From Macrostomum lignano (Eukaryota): a stretch of 64,000 bases of DNA. This document shows, piece after piece, positions 23,809 to 34,456 of this stretch. Position numbers and translations under genes: made by a program. Below the pieces are notes generated by a model. It was not told the origin of the DNA, searched no databases, and was given only the letters and a program-made list of their open reading frames with translations. The stretch lies in NCBI GenBank assembly GCA_002269645.1, contig NIVC01001371.1, forward strand, positions 238,930 to 302,929, written 5' to 3'. Position 1 is the stretch's first letter. Each line of letters starts with the position of its first letter.

Positions 23809-25035
23809 TCAGGTGGTGGACAACACTGACATAGGTCGTCGGCTGGATCCTTCTGGAGCGTCCTGCTGAAGTGATGACAAGTCCACAATTCTATACGGGA
23901 TCTTCGCTAACTCCAGCATGGGATCCTTTGGATAGTGCGCAAACTGGGCCGGTGGCGGAATTGGCTGCTCGAAGCCCTCCAGCTTGGTGTAACCTTTCGT
24001 CATGGTTTCGCGCCACTTCCTCCAGGGAACGATGATGTCCTCCGGCTCCTTCTTCAGAATCAGAGGATTGGACTTGTCGGCCGGGTAGAATATCAATGAT
24101 TGGCAGGCGTTGCAGTTAGGCGGTACTAATGCCGATGTCGGTATATCGTCAATCGTTTCGAGCACCGACGGTCGCTCCTCCTGTTTGTCGTCGATGTGGA
24201 TGCAACGACTGCCCAGTGGTTGGCTGCAGTCGAACTTTAAATCGATGTTGTAGCGCCACTGCATAGAGCTGAGAACGTACACTTTGTCCAACTGTGGCCG
24301 GAACTGTGAGTAACGCGTATAGTAGCCGTCCTTGGGATTCTTGTCGCCGCGTTCGATGGCCAGCAGCCAGACCTTGAAGCTCTGACGCCTGGACACCTCG
24401 GTCAGCGGGAAAATTTGACCGCCAGATTCGACTCCCCAGTGCATTGTCGGGTAAAAGTAGTCGGAAAATTTCAGCTCCGTGAACTGACGCTTTGTCACCT
24501 GACCGGCTTTTATGTCGATCATTGACTGTCGATGCGAGTAGAACGGCCACTGAGATCCGTTGCTGTCATTAACCATCGTGTGCAGGCCGGATTTCAATGG
24601 TTGAAACTCCCAGCTGTAGTGACCACCCCTGTCGAATTTGTTCACCAAGGTGATATCGTCACACGCCTGCGCCAAGCCGATGGTCCAGTCGTGTCCTGCG
24701 ATTGCATTGTCGAATGAGATTCCAACGCGACATTTAAAGTGCTCGCCGCGCCACTGCATCAGATGTCGCTTCTCCGATATGCGCGTCAGCTCACCGTCCT
24801 GCGGTCCACAATAGTATGGCTTGACGTAATGGACATTGATGTGCTGGTCTGGCTGGAAGCGGGGCGTCAGACTGGTTGTCCCGGAGTTCGCGTGGCTCTC
24901 ACGCATTTGAAGCACGTCATCGTCTAATTCCTGGTTGTCTAGGACATCTTTGGTGATGCGGCAGTCCTCCTTGTCATCCCATTCCTCAGGAGGCACGTGT
25001 CCGTTGCGATTGTGCAGTTCATTCTCTCCCATCAT
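23809..25035 (-). CDS. FAM78: FAM78 family protein, intronless CDS
   Basis: WTIGLAQAC...SWEF...VNDSNGSQWPFY, SDYFYPTMHWGV, LTEVSRRQSFKVWLLA, PLGSR and IPTSALVPPNCNACQSL parallel the conserved FAM78A/B blocks as I recall them (WVVGWIQAC, SDSDGVNYPWY, NDNFYPSVTWAV, IPPSALVKPNANDAQ). Confidence 0.85.
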   Translation of the reverse strand: MMGENELHNRNGHVPPEEWDDKEDCRITKDVLDNQELDDDVLQMRESHANSGTTSLTPRFQPDQHINVHYVKPYYCGPQDGELTRISEKRHLMQWRGEHFKCRVGISFDNAIAGHDWTIGLAQACDDITLVNKFDRGGHYSWEFQPLKSGLHTMVNDSNGSQWPFYSHRQSMIDIKAGQVTKRQFTELKFSDYFYPTMHWGVESGGQIFPLTEVSRRQSFKVWLLAIERGDKNPKDGYYTRYSQFRPQLDKVYVLSSMQWRYNIDLKFDCSQPLGSRCIHIDDKQEERPSVLETIDDIPTSALVPPNCNACQSLIFYPADKSNPLILKKEPEDIIVPWRKWRETMTKGYTKLEGFEQPIPPPAQFAHYPKDPMLELAKIPYRIVDLSSLQQDAPEGSSRRPMSVLSTT

Positions 25036-25756
25036 CAATGGTTTGGAGCAACGTCAAGTTGGAATAAATTTTCCAGTGTATATATTAACACCACCTCAGA
25101 TTCAATACGGTATTCACCCCAAGAAGAAGATGATAAGATTTGGGAGCTCTATCAGTTTATTTACCTACCATAGACTATGCACTATGCGCTATATGCGCTG
25201 GGCACTGATAAATTTCAACTCAAATTTTCATTCATATAGCGGTTTCAACTTTGAACCAGATGTTTTTTTAGAATCATGCTGATGGTATGATAATGCATCG
25301 GTAATCAGCTTGAATTGTATAACTATTTCTCTTTTTACTAGTAGCTACGAGATACTCGTATATTTCATCTATGTGCAACCCGATGAAATTATACACAGCA
25401 AAATGCTCGTTATGGATTGTACACTTACATTACATTTATTGATCAGGGGGAGTAGAGTAAATGAAACACGGATATTGTGTTTCGGCTACAAATAGTTTCG
25501 CATGCAGTCAAAATAATTTTATAACGTATAAAGACGGTGATGCGCAAACGTGGCGCGCAAACTGGCCAAGTTTGCGATTTGTATATTTGAGCTGGTTCTA
25601 TTTCTATATCGAAGAAAATGCGACGACGTACATAAATTATGGACCGAGTGCAAACCAAAATGTGCATTTATGCTACATATAGGTGAATAAAACTCATTCA
25701 GAGAAAATAAATTATGTTATTGCAAGGCAACTCACCAACTTTACGCTATTATTAAT

Positions 25757-27062
25757 TGTGGGTTGGTCAAAATGTTCTGCAACCCACTCTTCTGTAGCCG
25801 TTTTGGCGTAACCAAATAATCTGAAATGCTTCACACCGAAGGCTTACTTTGCTGTTTACTTGTTTCGTGTAAGGAATTTCGTTCAAATTCATGAATTAGT
25901 TTCAGTTACGACTGGACTCCGACCATATCCTGCTTTCAACTTCTGCATGGAACCTTCAAAAGACAATATTCGCTTGTAATGTTTTTTTGTGCAGTAAATT
26001 TATATGCGCATGCAGCTGGATCGAAGATCTGTGGTTTACTGCAGCTGCACCCGCGTCTTTGGACACCGTTGCGCGCCAAATTTGCCAATTTTCTAACTCG
26101 ATTGTTTGAGCGTCCAAAACGAGAGCCGGTCTCGGTGACGGACATCCGTGACCGACGGGTCAGTGGCCCTCGCAGAAGCCACTGTGCGCAAGGATCGAAG
26201 CGTAAAGCAAAGATTCCTTGCATACGAGCTCGGTACGTGCGAGCTATGGTAGCGCTCACAACATCATGCAAGAGGATGCAGCTTAGCTGCACCAAGACCT
26301 GCACATGTTGGATGGCCGCGCATCTGCTCCCAGCGGAGCAGCGAGCTGAGCCTGTGCCGCGCATCTGCGACTGTGGCTGCAGATGTTCGAACCCCAACGG
26401 CCGCAGAAGGCTGTCTGACGTCGTGACAGGCGACGAATGTAGAACTTCTTCACGATGAAGTGTAAGCAGTCCAACATGGTCTGTCTGATCGAAGATGGGC
26501 CTATAAGGCCTGAGGTCGTGAAGAGCGGTTTCAGAAACAGGAAGAGGATGTTTACAATTTGATTCCCTCAACTCCTAAGTGTGGTGCATCACGGTGGACA
26601 TCCTTCAAGGGCAGCACTGTGACTACCAAGCATTAACCGAAATAATGCTATACATGTATGCTGCCGGTTGTGCTGCAAGAGCGGCGGGTGCTGCTGCACC
26701 ACGACAATTCGGCATTGCACACTGCTACTGCAACTCAGGCATTTCTGGAGCAGCAGGTGGTTCAGCTGCTGCCCCACTCACCTTACTCACCAGAACTCGC
26801 ACTCTGCGACTTCTGGATGCTTTCGAAGCTGCGGTCAGTAATTTCTGGGAGGCCATGACAGGGAGACACCTGGCTCGAACGGTCAAGCAGAACTTAAGAG
26901 GACGCCCACATCAAAAGTACCTCAGTTGCTTCCAGGCGGGATGGATACCAATGCAGCGATGCATGTATATAGAAACTGAGGAGAATTCGGAGGAATTTGT
27001 GCACCACTTTTTTCCTGGACATTTTAATAAAGCCAGTTGCAGAACTTTTTGATCTGCATTCC
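25757..27062 (+). mobile_element. Decayed full-length mariner (DD34D) element, ~1.3 kb
   Basis: TIR cores tcaaaatgttctgcaac (25767) and gttgcagaactttttga (27036). Frameshifted transposase with VTGDE, LLHHDNSALH and HSPYSPELALCDFW motifs. Confidence 0.85.
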
Positions 27063-28378
27063 TCCTACTCGTTAGCTTACTCCATTCGACTTATATGTAC
27101 CTGACTTAGCTGCAGGAGTCCGATGCGCTTGGAATCTCACCCGGCCACTGGTTGATCCTGGTTGATCCAATAGTAGTCGTGAAAAGAGATGCTGGGAGTT
27201 GGTTGGGGGCCAGCTACATGTACATGTATTACCCAACTACATGTAATTACGCGATAGACTGCCAAGAGATGACACACAACCCTATTTGACATTTTCATTT
27301 TAGAGACACCTTATTATTATAACGCACAGGTATGCATTTCGGGATAAGAATTAATACCTAGGGAGAACTAGGGATCTCAACGATATTTAAGTTGTCCTTT
27401 TTAGTGCCCGGATGTGCTGCCGTCAGTTCAACAAACCGCATGTCCTAGGGGTGCTTTGAACACTTTTGGGAACGATCGTATACCCCTTTGGGTGGACTTG
27501 TGTGTCAGCGTGGGAAAAGGTTCTCCAGAACACCTGCACCAAAAAGATGACATAAGTTATTAAAAATTCGAGTGAAAATATATTTATTATGAAACAATTA
27601 ATAAAATTTCACTCGAAAAATTGAAAAACTATTCATATAGCCTGTCTATAGAGTTATAAATCTTTATAGTTCCGGTTTTAATGCAAAAACGATTTGAGAT
27701 CAACTCGTTTAATTTTGGTTGGACAGGTTTTATAAAATTTCTGCGCGGCCGCCGCGGCCTGTACGAGTGACAATAGACGAATGAAGGAATTACAACTTCC
27801 ACGAAAAGTAAAATGGATATTCGAAAAAAATATTGTTAGTCGCTATAATTAGATACTGTCCGCCGTCACTTAGGCCCCTATGTTTTAATAAAGTATTAGA
27901 CCATGGCTGGCTATAGTATAAGGTAAAGCTCACGTCTGTCGTCTAGGCTACCAGTCTAACAGTCTTGGAGTTAGCCCCTAGTTGTGCCCATAGCTAGTAG
28001 GCCCAGAGCCTAGTTATCTTATCAGTATCTTGGTTTGAAGATAAGATTTTAATCTGCATGTTCTTTATATAAACATTGAATCATATAGATAAGATAGGGA
28101 CCATTCTTATTAATTACATAAGAGGCGGCATAGGCCCTAGAAATAGTAAAAGAGATCAAACTTTTGATACATGAGTTTTATTATTAGAGGTCATGCTAAT
28201 AAAATGCTTCGAATTATATTTGTTTATTGATTTAGATTGTATTAGGCCAAGGCTTATAAGTATATATAGGCAGGCCTAGGCCTAACTTATGTCGTTATGA
28301 TATAAGCTAAGTTTTATATCAAATAAAAAATATAGATCAAAATCTAGTCTAGTGTAAGCCTAGGGCTGTTCCATAGTC

Positions 28379-28748
28379 CAGATCATGCTGGGTGCATGCC
28401 CATTCTCTAAAATATGCTGATATTGCGACAATAAATGACCTTTTTTATATTGCATAATAGAACCAACCTTATTAGCAGATAATTTGGTTGATTTTTGTGC
28501 TTTTTTTCCGCAATACTATTTATAACATAAAATTGATACATGCAAAGATTTGTTTAAATGCTTTTTACAAGCTTAAAAACTATAAAGCTAGAAATTTAGG
28601 CCTATGCTTAAAATTAACTTTTTTCTTTTTTTCTACTTCATAATAACTCTTACGCATGATTCTATAAAGTGCATACTAGGTGTGTATGCATACTTTTTTC
28701 TTAGGAATGATGCATGCCCAAATTTTTGGGTGTATACTACATGATCCA
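28379..28748. mobile_element. MITE-like element with CAGATCATG...CATGATC termini (copy 1)
   Basis: Its ends match the ends of 29466-29915 in inverted orientation. Confidence 0.6.
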
Positions 28749-29171
28749 GGGTGTTGGGACTGCTTAGCTAAAGTAAGATAAAAAGGTAGATGTAGGTGGT
28801 AGGCCTATATAGACCCTATCTATTACTATTTAGTATTGCCCCATCTTGATTGAGTTGCTTTATCACCTTAATTTGTGCACTAATCAAAGTCGTTTGCTAT
28901 CTAATAATGTCAATTATAATTTCAAGAAAATTAATATAGGCTCTAGAACTTTTATATAGTGTTTAAATATTCTTATATAAATTTTATTGCTGAAGTTAAA
29001 AGACTTGATACCTATTTTAGATTTATTAGCAATTTCTCTTATAATAGAATAGACTAGAGTAACCAAATTTCTATTTTAGTTTTGTATACATTATATATAT
29101 ATAATATATTATAAAAGGTTTAAGATTGATTTTACTAAATTTGATTATTAACAAAATTATATAAGTACTAC

Positions 29172-29447
29172 CATACATGCGCAACCCCCCTGATTTACAC
29201 TGGCCATGCGACTTACTTTTTGACCAAAAATGCGACTTACCTGTGAAAGAAACCCTAAAGCAAAATAAACGCTTATTTGAATAAACGGCAGGAGTAACTA
29301 TGACTGTCTTATCAGGCCTAAATGCCTCGGCATCTAATTAGTACTACGTCCGTATTCTTTGGGGTGGCATTTTTGCGACTTACCCCTGGTCCACCACAAT
29401 TTACGGTGGCCAGATCGGCCAGGTCAGCCAGCAGTTGCGCATGTATG
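29172..29447. mobile_element. Young hAT-type MITE
   Basis: 14-bp TIR catacatgcgcaac; perfect 8-bp TSD agtactac (29164-29171 / 29448-29455). Confidence 0.85.
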
Positions 29448-29465
29448 AGTACTACTACATTACTT

Positions 29466-29915
29466 TAGATCATAGTATATGCCCAAAAATTTAGGTGTAC
29501 ATTGGTCTTAGACATCAAAAGTTTAGAGTGCATATCTGGCATGCACTCAATGCAATCATGTGAAAAAAGTTTATATTAAGTGAAAAATTTCATAAATTCA
29601 TTTTAAGCATAATTTTAAGCTTTTTGGTTATTTAAACTTATAATAGTGCATTTTAAAAATGTTTTGGCTTATTGATTTTTTACTATAAATGCTATAGCTA
29701 TGAAAGATAAATTATAAACTATAAAAAATTATTAAATATTTAAATTTTAATATATATATTTGTTTTCTTTACATTTAAATTCAACTTTGAATTTTAAAAT
29801 ATTGCAAAGGATCTTTTTCAATTTTAGATGGCATATGCTTAAAACTTTTTTTGATATGCATCACATTTATTTGTAATTTGTAATTTTTGTTTTGGCATAC
29901 ACCTAGCATGATCTG
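29466..29915. mobile_element. MITE-like element with CAGATCATG termini (copy 2, inverted)
   Basis: ggcatacacctagcatgatc is the reverse complement of the copy 1 start, apart from two transitions. Confidence 0.6.
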
Positions 29916-30115
29916 AATTATAGTATTAGTAGTATAGCTAAGTATCTAGCTAAGATTAATATTTTAGTCATTATCTAAAGCTTATATTACCTAGTTTTAT
30001 CTGGAATATAGCTATTTTGTTTATTGTCAGTTTGTAATGTTTGTTTGCTAGTAGATAACTGACAGTTCAATAATAGTGGTGCTTATATTAATAATACCAC
30101 TGGTAGCATTAACTA

Positions 30116-30502
30116 TAGAGGTCGGACGGGATCCCAATCCCGATCCCGAAATCTCGGGATCCCAAGGAAAATTGAATTCCCACGGGACCAGAATCCTGAC
30201 CCTAAAAAACTCAAGATTCAGGAACAGGTCTTTCGATTAATAATTTATAGAGTTAGTGATTACTTGAAGGTATTTTGCTTTAACTTGTACTCGTTATATT
30301 ATTAACTTTGTTGGTTACAAAACTTCATATCAATTTCGTTGTGTTTTACTTCTTGATCTTGACAATCTTTTCTCAATTTTGTTTAACTTTACATGGACAA
30401 TACACTAAAAGACCTGATCCCGATTCCCGAATCCCGATCCCGAGAAAAAAATTATTCCCGATCCCGATCCCGCCCAAAGATTTCAATCCCGTCTGACCTC
30501 TA
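30116..30502. mobile_element. hAT MITE with subterminal ATCCCG repeats
   Basis: TIR tagaggtcggacgggat / atcccgtctgacctcta; perfect 8-bp TSD attaacta. Confidence 0.9.
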
Positions 30503-31014
30503 ATTAACTACTTAATTTGGGAAATTTGCAATAGGCTTTATCCTATTCATTATGAATTTTATAAATAAACTAAATATATATCAAAGTAAATACATAGTAT
30601 ACTAAAACAAAAGTTCTTTTTGTTTTAGTAAATCTTGTGATTAAAAAAATTTTTTTTATATTGTATTGACTATTTGTAGGTTTCTAAAGTATAATCAAGA
30701 CTATAGACTTTATTCATATGGTAGTAAAACTATTATATAAGAAGCTTGTAGCCTAAAGAAAGGTATTATTATTGCATTTAACTATCAAAGTACTTTTCAT
30801 AGTCTATAGTCTTTAAAGTTTATTTTATTTGCACTAGCAAGAAAAAATGGCCTGAGCTCCAACCACAGTATATTTAAGGTACTTTAAAAAAGTAGTTTTA
30901 ACCTTTTTGCAAATATTTAAATAGGTTTCATTTCTCAAGGCCAAATCCTATAAAAACATTTTAGCTGGAGCCTATTAATTTCCCAGTGAATTGGTGCAAA
31001 ACAATACTCATTAG

Positions 31015-31394
31015 TAGAGGTAGGAAAATATCACATTTTTTAGATTTTTGAGACTTAAGATCTATGCTTTTGAGATAATCAAGATTCAATAGAGATTTGA
31101 CATTAAGCCTTATTAGCATCTAGTAAGCCTATTTACACTATTTTATCTATTAGTGCTAATAATGTTATTTGTTGTGTACAATGATAATAATAGAAAGAAA
31201 AACAATTATTATTTAATATTAAGCTTGTTAGTAACTTGATGTATATCCAATATAAATATGATAGTATCATAGTTACCAATTATCACATAGTCATAAATCT
31301 TGACTTTTTTATATCTCAAAAACAAGATCAAGATTCAGAAAAGTGCCAAGATCTTGATGATCAAAATAGAGATTGAGATCTTGTCTAATTGCTA
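31015..31394. mobile_element. Heavily mutated hAT MITE
   Basis: Starts tagaggtagg, ends ...gcta; perfect 8-bp TSD ctcattag; agatc-type subterminal repeats. Confidence 0.6.
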
Positions 31395-31899
31395 CTCATT
31401 AGATAGATCAGATTCTTTTCTTTAAAATGACATCTTATTCGTACAAATTGCTCTTTTAGTTTTGTAGTTATAACATTATTTGTTTAGGCTGGCTTTTTTC
31501 CTAATGCTTGGCAATGAAACTAGATATTTTGATTAAGTTTAGAGCTAATATATCTTGATAAAACAATTATACTAAAAGCATACTTTATGAAAAAAAACTT
31601 AAAGACTTTGAAATACCTTAATAAAAGCAAAATAATTTTAAAAAATTAAATATATTTAATTTTATTCTATTTGATATCTGGTAATAAGTTTATTATTTAT
31701 AGTATAGGTTTTGTAATTTTCTTACCTTAACTAAATTGTTTTTCCCTTTTTGATCTAATTCCCTATTAGAATATTTAACTAAAGGTTAGACAAAAAGAAA
31801 TCATATAATAATTTTTAAGTCAAGATTTATCAAGACAAATGTTTGCATAAAAAATAGAACTTTATAATTATAATATTATAAACATTAATCTTATCTATC

Positions 31900-32175
31900 T
31901 ACTAGTCAGATGTGCAATCAGCAGTTTAGCCATAGCTAATGCATAATATATCTAAAGGCTGCATATGGCTGTTCAGTCCAAGGACGGGGAGGGGGGGTTG
32001 CCACACACTATCAATTACCCCAGCTAATGCTGGAATCCATTTTATAGCTAGGTAAACTGAAGCAATGCAGAGCTAGGTGTTTTGCTCAAGGACACAAATT
32101 GTTCCAGTGGGATCAGAAATCGAACCCTAACCTTCAAGTTGTGAGTCCAATGCTCTAACCAATAGGCTACAATCT
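31900..32175 (-). mobile_element. CORE-SINE copy, strongly C>T/G>A mutated
   Basis: Aligns over its length to the other copies; differences are mostly transitions toward A/T. Confidence 0.9.
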
Positions 32176-33230
32176 ATTTATTTACATTTTAATAACTAAA
32201 AAAATCGCAGCTATGACTACAGAAATCTTTGAGAAAAGCCATAGCCATAACAACAGTTGTTTTCCACAGGCATATTCATAGCTCCTAGTTGCCATAGTCA
32301 TAATTTTAGTGAAATTTAAATTTTATATTTCTATGAGTACAATATTCAATCTATGTACTTGAGAATTTATATTTTGTCTGTAGGTATTTCCTAAGTATTC
32401 TGTTCATATTCTAAACTTCCTACCTTGCTGCTGATTTATTATTTAAGCTATATTTTTAACCTCACTGCTATGCCAATTATGGATTGGTTTAATCCTGTCT
32501 CTTTGTCAACCATTCTCATATGTTTGTTTCTAACACCTGCTACCTTTAATCGTCACTAATTTTGTTGACAACAGTCTTCTCTTTGTAGTCTTCTTTGCGA
32601 GCAATCTTTGCAGATTTTACTGCAACTGACTTCCATAGTTTTTCCATCATTTTCACTTCTCTGCTCCCTTTGTGAACTGCATATCTGGCGATTGCTTCTA
32701 ATCTACCTGTTTTTATTGCCGCGAATACACGCTCGTAGTTCACAGTATCTCCCCCACTATTTATGAATTGCAGCTGTGCATTGCGACCGGGCTCCCCCGC
32801 CGTCCCCCCTGCTCTGTAGCCAGCCAACCTCCGCCAGCTAGTCAGCCTATCACCGCTTAAGAGTCCCCCCAAGGATTCCCCTCAACCCCCTGGGCAATAG
32901 CGAACAACCTCTGGTAATCGAGAGAAGAGTTCAAAGCAGGAGAGACACCGTTGAGTCAAAATACTTTTGAGCAGCATTTTATGGAAGCTGTCAAGTTCGG
33001 TGAGGCTTTTTTATATTTCAATTGTCAATTCCTCTGCGTTAAAAATGTATAAATATTCGCTAGAGGGCTGTGGGCACCCCGGCGCGACATCATTCCACAA
33101 CTCAGCGCTGAGGCCATGCTGCCCATTCCGCCAACTCCCTGAGCATGAGCACATTCAAGCACGCCGATGCTTTACGCAGTACACACGCTTACACAGCGAC
33201 CCTTACTTACTTTTCTAATCTTGAGATGTA

Positions 33231-33458
33231 CACCCTCTGTGCCTTGGGGGTTGGCCCTCGTGGCTGTTGAATCCTCTGGAAAAATTTTGTGCGCGTTTCA
33301 GACGCTTTTATCGCTGAGCTGCTTTGCCCCCTAATTGCAGCATTTTAAGGTTATTGCAGGTTATCTCAACTCAGCGGTAAAGCGTCTGGCTCCTCGACCC
33401 GGGAAATTTATAAATCACGCATGCAAGGACGAGGGCCGACCCCAAGGCGCAGAGGGTG
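33231..33458. mobile_element. TA-flanked palindromic MITE (Tc1/mariner-like)
   Basis: ~30-bp TIR caccctctg(t/c)gccttgggg...ggccctcgt, TA on both sides, and a second internal inverted pair cagacgctttt...gag / ctc...aaagcgtctg. Confidence 0.75.
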
Positions 33459-33559
33459 TACATGTCGGGGGCGCTGTACACCCTGTGTGCATGCTCAGTG
33501 ATCAGCGTGCTGAAAGGGCCTGACATGACTGCTTGTTCTTTAATTAATAATTCAAAAAT

Positions 33560-33840
33560 TGATTACACCTGCCCCGATTGGGCCAGATGTGCAACTAACA
33601 ACTCAAACGCGGCTAGTACCGCGGCTGTTCATTCCAAAGACTTTAAGGTCACCACACCACCACACACCTCAATTACCCCAGCTAATGCTGGCGCCCATTT
33701 TACAGCTGGGTGAACTGAAGCAATGCAGAGTTGAATGTCTTGCTCAAGGACACAAATTGTTTCAGTGGGAATCGGGAATCGAACCCTCGACGTTCAAGTC
33801 GTGAGTCCGACGCTCTAACCACTAGGCCACCACAACCCCC
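33560..33840 (-). mobile_element. CORE-SINE copy (variant middle)
   Basis: Same head, CORE block and 3' hairpin as the family. Confidence 0.9.
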
Positions 33841-34365
33841 TACTAGGCCACAACCCTCCTACTATACCACAGCCCTCCTACTAGGCCACAACCCTCCTAC
33901 TATACCACAGCCCTCCTACTAGGCCACAACCCCCTACTAGGCCACAAACCCCTACTAGGCCACAACCCCCTACTAGGCCACAACCCCCTACTAGGCCACA
34001 ACCCTCCTACTATACCACAGCCCTCCTACTAGGCCACAACCCCCTACTAGGCCACAAACCCCTACTAGGCCACAACCCCCTACTAGGCCACAACCCCCTA
34101 CTAGGCCACAAACCCCTACTAGGCCACAACCCCCTTACTAGGCCACAACCCCCTACTAGGCCACAACCCCCTACTAGGCCACAACCCCCTTACTAGACCA
34201 CAGCCCTCCTACTAGGCCACAACCCTCCTACTATACCACAGCCCTCCTACTAGGCCACAACCCTCCTACTATACCACAGCCCTCCTACTAGGCCACAAAC
34301 CCCTACTAGGCCACAACCCCCTTACTAGGCCACAACCCCCTACTAGGCCACAACTCCCTACTACT
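33826..34365. repeat. Minisatellite, 18-19-bp unit ctactaggccacaacccc, continuous with the SINE 5' end
   Basis: Roughly 25-30 units, ending about 90 bp before the hnRNP K ATG. Confidence 0.95.
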
Positions 34366-34456
34366 CGTACGCCTTGCCCAGGCTAAATACAATAATTGTA
34401 TTAGAAATTTGCCTCCCGTCACCGCAGCGGAACTGAAGCGCGAACAGCCCGACCAC

